Assembly: GCA_951406725.2 (NCBI GenBank)
Contig: OX597834.1
Span: 11,532,001 to 11,596,000 of the forward strand
Direction: 5' to 3'
DNA: 64,000 nucleotides
Source: Octopus vulgaris
Taxonomy: Eukaryota
The notes under the pieces are model-generated. The model saw only the letters and a program-made list of their open reading frames with translations, was not told the DNA's origin and did not search any database. Numbering within the stretch: position 1 is the stretch's first letter; each line of letters begins with the position of its first letter. A program made the position numbers and the translations under genes. Below, in pieces: positions 54,765 to 64,000 of this stretch.

Positions 54765-55165
54765 TTTATTTTATCTAGTTTCAGCTCACGAGCTGTGGCC
54801 ATGCTGGGGCATCGCCATTCGGTGTTGCTACATTATTTTCCTTCACGAATGCTTTTTAGCAATTGCCATTTGGTGCATGAGAGAGATCAATGCAGCTGCC
54901 CTCATCTGCACCCCCTGCCGTGAAGTTGGTTCATCTGGGACACCTGACAGGAAGAGATCTAGTTTTATTTTAAAGACATCTGCATCCAACCCATGCAGGT
55001 CTCTCAGGTCCTTCAGGAGGATATTGAAGAGCTGTGGGCCTCGGAAGCCCAGGCTATCACAGTATCTTGTCCTACATCTTGATGGCAAATTTGGAGTCCT
55101 TAGCACTATGAAGTGGCGCCCAGTTCTGGCATTTGTGTAACTCTAGATGTCAAAGTTTGGGACAT
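54765..55165 (-). mobile_element. 5'-truncated LINE 3' end (ORF2 C-terminus plus 3' UTR; CR1/L2-group-like)
   Basis: RYCDSLGFRGPQLFNIL.KDLR...DVFK.KLD.FLS.VPDEP C-terminal motif; UTR ends gccccagcatggccacagctcgtgagctgaaactagataaaa. Confidence 0.8.
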
Positions 55166-55577
55166 TACTCTCTTTACTTGTTTCAGTCATTTGACTGCGG
55201 CTGTGCTGGAGCACCGCCTTTTTATCGAGCAACTCGACCCCAGGACTTATTCTTTGTAAGCTTAGTACTTATTCTATCGGACTCTTTTGCCGAACCGCAA
55301 AGTGACGGGGACATAAACGCACCGGCATCAGTTGTCAAGCGGGCTGGGGGGACAAACACAGACATACAAACATACACGCACACACACACACACATATATA
55401 TATATATACATATATACGACAGGCTTCTTTCAGTTTCCGTCTACCAATCCACTCACAACGCTTTGGTTAGCCCGAGGCTATAGTAGAAGACACTTGCCCA
55501 AGGTGCCACGCAGTGGGACTGAACCCGGAACCATGTGGTTGGTAAACAAGCTACTTACCACACAGCCACTCCTGCGC
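55166..55577 (-). mobile_element. SINE family A, full length
   Basis: Homology. Confidence 0.9.
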
Positions 55578-56849
55578 ATATACGTATATACGACGAGCTT
55601 CTTTCAGACTCTACAAAATCCACTCATAAGGCCTTGGTCGGCTCAGGGCTACAGTAGAAGTTACTGTCTGAAGGTGGTTGGGAAGTAAGCTTTATGGAGA
55701 CACTTATAATATAGCGACTGGAATATATTTCGAAACAGACGAATTCTATCTTTTTGTAATCGTGTTCGTATTATTTGTACGTTACGTGAATTCTGTTTTA
55801 ATCAGAATCTCCTCAAACGAATCAACGTTACACTGCGAGGAGCTACTAAATGACTATTCAATCCTTTACTAATGTTACCAACTAGAGTCTCTCCGATAAT
55901 GGGAGGTTGATTAGATCGTTAGTATATAAGGTGCGTTTTATTAGTCTCACTAATTCAATACAAAACCCTTGCATACAAATAAGCTGTATAAGTATCCATT
56001 CGTAATCAAGATATATTATCGTCAATAAGATTACTATAACGATCTCCATCGTTGAATTTAATGAAGTGCAATTAAGCGATGCTATATTAACTCCAAATTT
56101 AGTCTTTAGCTGACAGTGAATTTAAAGAAAATTTATAATGCAAGACACAAGAGAATTATCTTTTAAAACAATTTCCATTATCAATACAATACAAATACGC
56201 CCACGGTTTAAATATATAAAATTTACTAACTCTTAAAATAATGGAATGGAATCTACTTGAAGCTGCACTGAAAATTTTCGCTAGAGTAATATCAAATATG
56301 AGGAAGCGATGTTTACACAGACACAAATATACATATTTCTGAATACCGTAGTGTAGTTGTAACGTTAATATATCTTGTCTTCTCAATGATAGATGCAGTC
56401 ATAATGCATTGCGTTACCGAACGGAATGCTTTTCATGTGATGTCAGAATGGATATTGGTTTAACAATCTGCTCAGTTAAAAGCCAATATATGTAATTTGG
56501 ATTCCATTTTCAATTTTCAAAATACTGTCAATGGTGAAGTATATTTGGAGTTTAAAAAAATAAACACAACAAACACAGTAAAAGAGAGTAATTATTCATT
56601 TAAAACGCCATTCTATCAGCACAATGATCCAGTAGCCATTAATTCTATATTGCATAGAAATATAGCAACTTTACAACTAACACAATATTATTAAATAAGC
56701 TTCGGATTTTGCTAACGTTAAGACATCTATCTTTTGAGACAGTATCACCTACGGCTAGGCTAAGCTAACGAATTTATATCTACAGACCACAGACATTACA
56801 AAAAAATGTGTTACAAAAGGTGTCCTTCGTTATGAGTTTATCTTTTATC

Positions 56850-57440
56850 TGTTACTTGAAGTAATCATTAGACAGCGGCCATGCTGGGGCACCAGCTTCA
56901 ACAACTTCAGTGAATCAACCCCCTGCTACTTATATGTTGTTCAATCTGTTACTTATTCTATCAGGTCTTTCGCCGAACCGCTAAGTTATTGGGATGTAAA
57001 CACACCAATATTCGTTGTCAGTCGATTCTGGAATACACACACATTCACATATGCGCGCGCAAACACACGCATATATATATATATATATATACACACACAT
57101 ATATATATACACACACACATATATATATACACATATATATATATATACACACACATATATACATACATATATACATACATATACATATATATACACACAT
57201 ATATATATATATACATATATATACACATACAAACATACATATACATATATATATACACATACAAACATACATATATATATATATATATACACAACAATTT
57301 CCGTCTTCCATATCCACTCACCACGCTTGGGTCGGCCCGAGGCTATAGCAGAAGACATTTGCCCAAGGTGTTACACAGTGGGACTGAACCTGGAACCACA
57401 AGGTTGGGAAGCAACTTTCTACGAACAAAACCACACCTGC
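56850..57440 (-). mobile_element. Diverged SINE family A with expanded internal microsatellite
   Basis: Homology of both halves. Confidence 0.75.
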
Positions 57441-58107
57441 GACAGTTTACAGAAATATATTTCTTTTAAAACACGTTATATAATCAGAAAAAAATGTATG
57501 CCTCTAATATAAGGGTTTCTTGGTGTTATTTCAGATTAATAAAGCGATGAGACGTCAGAATTATTAAAGAGCCGGAAAAAATTATAAGCAACATTTCTAC
57601 CGGCACTTTGGGCTCTTATTTCAAAAAGTGACATCTTCAAATTTAATCAACTTTAATCACTTGTGTTAATGACATAAATACCATTCGAGCACTGAGGTGT
57701 GTGTATGCGTGTGTGTGTGTGTGTGTGTGTGTGTTTGTGTACGATATGTGTAGGCTCAGCGATGGTTCATTGGTTAATAAGTTTGCAAATACGGTATTAG
57801 GGATTCGATCCAACACCATAACAGCAATCGTCAATTGTCTTCCACCTTGAGTACGAGTTGACTAATGCCCTGTCAGAAGATTTTCTACACGCATATTACG
57901 TACATATGCGCCCGCTCATGTGTGTATGTACGCGTCTGTCAGTCCCTGGGTGTGCGCATGAAGAGTGTGTGTGCCATTAGACAAGATGTCAATTGAAAGT
58001 TGATCTATAAATCAAAACGTCTAATAAATTTGATTGTAGTCTTAGCATGGCCTCTTCAATTTAGTAAATATTCTATATTCACTTTTGAAAATCCATATCA
58101 ACGTCCA

Positions 58108-58160
<53 letters not shown>

Positions 58161-58237
58161 AACTATACGTACAGGTAAACATACAGTCATATATGTAAGT
58201 ATACAAATATATTTGTTCATATGTGTGTGTGTGTGTG

Positions 58238-58275
<38 letters not shown>

Positions 58276-58743
58276 CATATGCAGACATACATACACAAAC
58301 ATACACACACACATATATAGCTGCGTGTTTTCGAGTGTGCGCATATAAGTGATTACGTACGAAAATGAAATGTATATTTACACAAATATATCCCCGTATG
58401 CATATTGGTGTTTATACGCAAGCAGAATCACCTACACAAATATATTTATGCATATATACACATGATTTTGAATGCATACATACAGAGATGCATTTATATA
58501 TATGTATATATAATCATATATACATTTATTAAATATATACATATATATACAACTATATATGTGTATATATATAATTATATTTGTGCTTTATATATATAAT
58601 TATATATGTGTTTATATATGTGTTTATATAATTATATATATATGTATATATATATTATATATGTTTATATACTTATATATAATTATATATGTTTATATAC
58701 ATATATATAATTATATATGTTTATATATATGTATGTATATGTT

Positions 58744-58798
<55 letters not shown>

Positions 58799-59601
58799 CA
58801 TGTGTAAAACGTGTGCTTTGGGGACTGGGGGAAAAATATGAAGCATAGCAAGTTAATTAGAATATAGTGACATTATTTCTGTTGTAGTTGATTAGAATTT
58901 TTCAACAATAATCTGGGGACGCATGATGATGCGAACACTTCAAATTAGAACATATTATTAGCGTCATGAAATATACAAAAGAAAATATGCAGACGAATTA
59001 AAGAGACAAAGCGGGATAAAATATATTAGAAATTATGAATGTAACAGGAGGAAATCTAATTTTCTTAGCTCAGCAGATTCGTTCTACACATATATCATAT
59101 GGAACTTCTCTTCCTCGTGTACACACTCATACACACAGATGAGTTATATATTAAATGTACATGCTTATGTAAATACGTTTTTATATAATGTAATATCCTG
59201 TATACATACATATTTATGTGTGTATGAGTATATATATATATATATATAATACATATACATATATACATACATATACGTATATACATATACGTATATACAT
59301 ACACGTATATATACATACACGTATATATACATACACGTATATACATATACATATATGTACATATATATATATATATACGTATATACATATACGTATATAT
59401 ATATATATACATACATATACGTATATATATATACATATACGTATATATATATACATATATATATATATATACGTATATATATATACATATATATATATAC
59501 ATATACGTATATATTTATACATATATACATATATATACATATACGTATATATTTATACATATATACATATATATACATATACGTATATATTTATACATAT
59601 A

Positions 59602-59633
<32 letters not shown>

Positions 59634-59641
59634 CATATATA

Positions 59642-59687
<46 letters not shown>

Positions 59688-59695
59688 CATATATA

Positions 59696-59741
<46 letters not shown>

Positions 59742-60063
59742 GATTGTGCAAATCTTGCTTCGTGCCTAAGTTCTACATATTTCTAATTAGCAACTTTATA
59801 GATTATGTTTCCGTCCTTGAAATTTTTTTTCGAGTATTGTTTACAGTTACCTGCAATCTAAATTGCATTCCCTGCGTGATCATCACATTTTCTTTACCTT
59901 CTTTTTTATTGCTAATGCAAATTTACCTTGACTATAATATATTTGTGATTCATATCTATGATTGTAATTTTTTTACGCTGTCCCTAGGATATGAAATTAA
60001 TATTTGATCTGAAAATCGCGGTGAATTTATATTTATTTAACATGTTAGAAACCATTTGGCCAC

Positions 60064-60120
<57 letters not shown>

Positions 60121-60689
60121 GTGTGTGTGTGTGTTTGTGTTTGTTTCCCTCCCCCAACATCGCTTGGCAACCGATGCTGGTGTGTTTACGTCCCCGTAAC
60201 TTAGCGGTTCGGCTAAAGGGACCGATAGAATAAGTACCAGGCTTACAAAGAATAAGTCCTGGAGTCGATTTGCTCGAATAAAAGGCGGTGTTCCAGCATG
60301 GCCACAGTCAAATGACTGAAACAAGTAAAAGAGTATGTAGTAATAACGAATTATAACTTCCACATATTGTCACTGACTTCTGTATATTTCCTCGGGACAA
60401 TATTTCTATTCCTGTTCTCTTTGATCGTACGATGAAGAAATATTTAGGCTTTATAACCCTATTACGAGTATAAATTTAACTATGGAAGGAAGATAGGTTT
60501 ATTCATATACATTGCAACAATGTTCACTGTTTGTCTTAGGGATATCCTGTCGGTTGACATGATGCTGAATCGGACGGGAAATTGGATCCGTTAAAATTCA
60601 TATACTCAACCAATGGATCCAGTGTTAACTTGAAACTTGGAGTGACCGGATAAGGATATCACGAGCACCATTAATACTATTGAAGAACA

Positions 60690-61110
60690 TAGGTGCAGAC
60701 ATTGCTGTGTGGTAAGAAGCCAGCTTCCCAATCGCATGGTTTTTGAGTTCAGTCCCACTGCATACACCTTGGCTAAGTGTCTTCTATTATAGCCTGGGGC
60801 CGACCAAAGCGTTGTGAATGGATTTGGTAGAAGGAAACTGAAGGAATACCGTCGTATATGTATGTATATATGTATGTATATTTATGTGTGTGTGTTTATG
60901 CTTGTGGTTGTCTTCCCATCGTCTCTTGACAACCGATGTCGGTGTGCTTACGCCTCCGTAACTTAGCGTTTCGGCAAATGTGACGGATAGAATAAATACT
61001 AAGCGTACAAAGAATAATTTCTAGGGGCGATTTCTTCGACTAACTGTCTTTTAGACGGTGCCCCAGCATGTCCGGGGTCAAATGACTGAAACAATTAAAA
61101 GAATAAAAGA
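60690..61110 (+). mobile_element. SINE family A (older copy)
   Basis: Full head and tail; inverted relative to the 61209 copy. Confidence 0.85.
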
Positions 61111-61208
61111 ATATATATGGTTATAAATGCAAAGTTTCTAAACTTGAAATTATAGACATACGGTTTTCAAACAAACATTTTCTGAATATTTCGTGACACT
61201 AAAGGTAT

Positions 61209-61421
61209 TACTCTTTACTCTTTTACTTGTTTCAGTCATTTGACTGCGGCCATGCTGGAGCACCGCCTTTAGTCGAGGAAATCGACCCCAGGACTTATTC
61301 TTTGTATGCCAGTACTTATTCTATCGGGCTCTTTTGCCGAACCGCTAAGTTGCGGCGACGTAAACACACCAGCATCGGTTGTCAAGCGATCATGGGGGGA
61401 CAAACACAGACACACACACAC

Positions 61422-61456
<35 letters not shown>

Positions 61457-61667
61457 GATCGCCATGCTGATTCGCTAGCCGCTGCACGCATTTTTTTCTC
61501 TCCTTGTTTCTTTCTGTGTTTCTTTTCTGTGTATCTTTCTGTTGAAGAGCGTAGGCTCGAAACGTTAAAGACTTATTTTATTTATATTCCTGAGCGCCAT
61601 ACTAATACATTTGTTTGTTTGTACTCCACCTGCCTTCGTCTTTTGTTTATTTTCATAAAGTTTCCCG

Positions 61668-61699
<32 letters not shown>

Positions 61700-61776
61700 G
61701 ACGGGCTTCTTTTCAGTTTCCGTCTACTAAATCCACTCACAAGGCTTTGGTTGGCCTGAGGCTATAGTAGAAGACG
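61209..61776 (-). mobile_element. SINE family A interrupted by a P1 element
   Basis: Tail 61209-61415, body 61697-61776. Confidence 0.85.
61457..61670 (+). mobile_element. Family P1 element with hammerhead motif (61534-61571), inserted in (TA)n
   Basis: UCUUU-CUGUUGA-A-GAGC guag GCUC-GAAA-CG-UU-AAAGA; (TA)n on both sides. Confidence 0.8.
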
Positions 61777-62654
61777 CCCTTTCTTTTTTAAATCACTAAC
61801 TACCTGCATATTAAGATCTATTATACATTTTATTAACCAGATGCAGTTTTACCCGACCAAAGGTTTAAACTTCTTGTTTGTAGCACAGGTGCTTTATCTC
61901 AAGTGATATTCTACAATCTTTGCTGAAGCTTGCACTTCAGTGATCTGTTTCTCTAGTTTCATGTTACATAGGGGTTAGCCAACAGCTAATATAAAATGTG
62001 TGCCGTTGTAGCACCCTACAGATAGCCAACTTATGCAACAGCATACGTAAACTGCGAACTTATCCTACTTTTGGAAGCAGGCCGTTGTTAAGGAATGCCT
62101 TAGTTATGCCACTAGGATTATCAATGAAAAATCCTCTCAGTATTTATGTTCACTTCTGTTCATGGTGCCGGTTCATGTCGGTTTATAGTTAGTCAACGAG
62201 TGAGTTACATCTTCATTCAGAAATTGAGGCAAAGATTGAGCAATTTCTTCTACTACCAACGTATTTTTATATGACTCTGGCATTTCATTATAAATGCCGG
62301 GGAGAAAAAATTCCGTGTACACATCACCATTCTGTAGTTTGGCTTAGTTTTGATAGCCTTCTGACATACATTATTTTTGTATTGATGCCAGAGAAGATGT
62401 GGGTTTGTCAATTCCATCTGCTCTGAACAAGGAATTGTCTTGTTATTTCTTAACGAATCGAAACATTATTCATTTAAAAACTGGCATGTTTTCAGAGTAG
62501 AAGAAGAAACCATAGTCTGTAGAGGCGAATTGCGCACATTATCTGACCAGAAATAAATCTATTAATAAACTAAACGTACTTAGAATGGCGCACAAGAAGT
62601 TATATTCAAAGCACTATTCCTCTGAATGCGGTTTCTTTTAGTTAAGTTATACGT

Positions 62655-63003
62655 CTCCTAAATATTTTGTAAAAGACATGAGTACATCCCTCCTAAATAT
62701 TTTGTAAAAGACATGAGTACATCCCTCCTAAATATTTTGTAAAAGACATGAGTACATCCCTCCTAAATATTTTGTAAAAGACATGAGTACATCCCTCCTG
62801 AATATTTTGTAAAAGACATGAGTACATCCCTCCTGAATATTTTGTAAAAGACATGAGTACATCCCTCCTAAATATTTTGTAAAAGACATGAGTACATCCC
62901 TCCTAAATATTTAGTAAAAGACATGAGTACATCCCTCCTAAATATTTTGTAAAAGACATGAGTACATCCCTCCTAAATATTTTGTAAAAGACTGAGTACA
63001 TCC
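62655..63003. repeat. 35-bp minisatellite x10 (ctcctaaatattttgtaaaagacatgagtacatcc)
   Basis: Near-identical contiguous units with no spacers. Confidence 0.97.
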
Positions 63004-63069
63004 AGGCATAAGCTGGTCCTTGAAATCCCTCTAACTATATGACCTTTAGATATCAACAATGATTTTACA

Positions 63070-63483
63070 TACTCTTTACTCTTTTACTTGTTTCAGTCAT
63101 TTGACTGCGGCCATGCTGGAGCACCGCCTTTAATCGAGCAACTCGACCCCAGGACTTATACTTTTGTAAGCCCAGTACTAATTCTATCGGTCTCTTTTTG
63201 CCGAACCGCTAAGTTACGGGGACATAAATGCACCAGCATCGGTTGTCAAGCAATGCTAGGGGGACAAACACAGACACACAAACACACACACGCACATACA
63301 TATATATACATATATACGACGGGCTTCTTTCAGTTTCCGTCTACCAAATCCACTCACAAGGCTTTGGTCGGCCCGAGGCTATAGTAGAAGAAACTTTCCC
63401 AAAAGGTGCCACGCAGTGGGACTGAACCCGAAACCATGTGGTTGGTAAACAAGCTACTTACCACACAGCCACTCCTGCGTCTA
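63070..63483 (-). mobile_element. SINE family A, full length
   Basis: Homology. Confidence 0.9.
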
Positions 63484-63720
63484 TACATATCAACAATGAA
63501 TTCTCATTTATCGGTATAGTACATTACGTTGCTCTTCAAAGAAATTAGTATAACACTTAACGTAGAATGAATGAATGAATTGGAAATCTGCGTTCTCATA
63601 TCAAGCAAAAACGCTGTAATAATATGTGGTTGTTTTCAAGTTTCTCCGGCCAGTCAAGATGAGCAATGAGAAATGTTTTGAGGAGAAATACACCTTAGAA
63701 TGTTTAGTGCTTATATCAAA

Positions 63721-64000
63721 CTAGCAGTATCGCCCGGCGTTGCTCGGGTTTGTAAGGGAAATAACTATAAAGCATTTTTAGAGAGTTATAGCCAAAAAAT
63801 AGCAAAAAATGCATAAAAAATGGAAAAAAAAAAATTATGGTAAATTTTTTTTTAAATCGTTGACTCATCGTAGACATTTTTAGAGAGTTACTTCCCTTAT
63901 ATTTAAAAAATATGCATTAAAATGGAAAAAATGATGGTAAATTATTTTTAAATCGTAGACTCATCGTAGACGCGCGCTAATACCTAGAAGGGCTTGATAT
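63721..64000 (-). mobile_element. Non-autonomous Helitron 3' part (runs off the window)
   Basis: cccgagcaacgccgggcgatactgCTAG|T; nearly identical to 23143-23230. Confidence 0.8.

Noticed and set aside
1301-59786. Numerous YI/HT/CV-rich ORFs
   Set aside because: Translations of TA/CA microsatellites, which lack stop codons
61800-62640. Coding-looking unique sequence
   Set aside because: The minus-strand frames I checked are interrupted by stops and show no recognisable motif, and the ORF track has only a 64-aa ORF; at most an unidentifiable TE remnant
62655-63003. CRISPR-like array (35-bp repeats)
   Set aside because: Units are contiguous with no spacers, no cas genes, eukaryotic context

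Overview
This is AT-rich, microsatellite-saturated eukaryotic DNA whose repeat content is typical of an octopus (coleoid cephalopod) genome. The window is almost entirely intronic sequence of one minus-strand ionotropic glutamate receptor gene (kainate-like amino-terminal domain). Three phase-0 exons were found (49074-48907, 14503-14351, 9634-9533), separated by introns of about 34.4 kb and 4.7 kb. The introns hold several tRNA-derived SINE families, non-autonomous Helitrons, decayed Tc1/mariner copies, a LINE 3' end and many mini/microsatellites. Almost all long ORFs in the track are microsatellite artefacts. The most interesting signal is a set of at least 10 minimal type I hammerhead-ribozyme-like motifs (CUGANGA - stem II - GAAA - palindromic stem III - UH). 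They belong to several unrelated short element families that sit in or beside (TA)n tracts, some with inverted-duplicated tails, which suggests Penelope-like or retrozyme-like elements. The set includes natural compensatory variants of the catalytic 3-8 base pair (C3-G8, U3-A8 and G3-C8). All of this was read by eye; ribozyme activity, family names and repeat boundaries are unverified.
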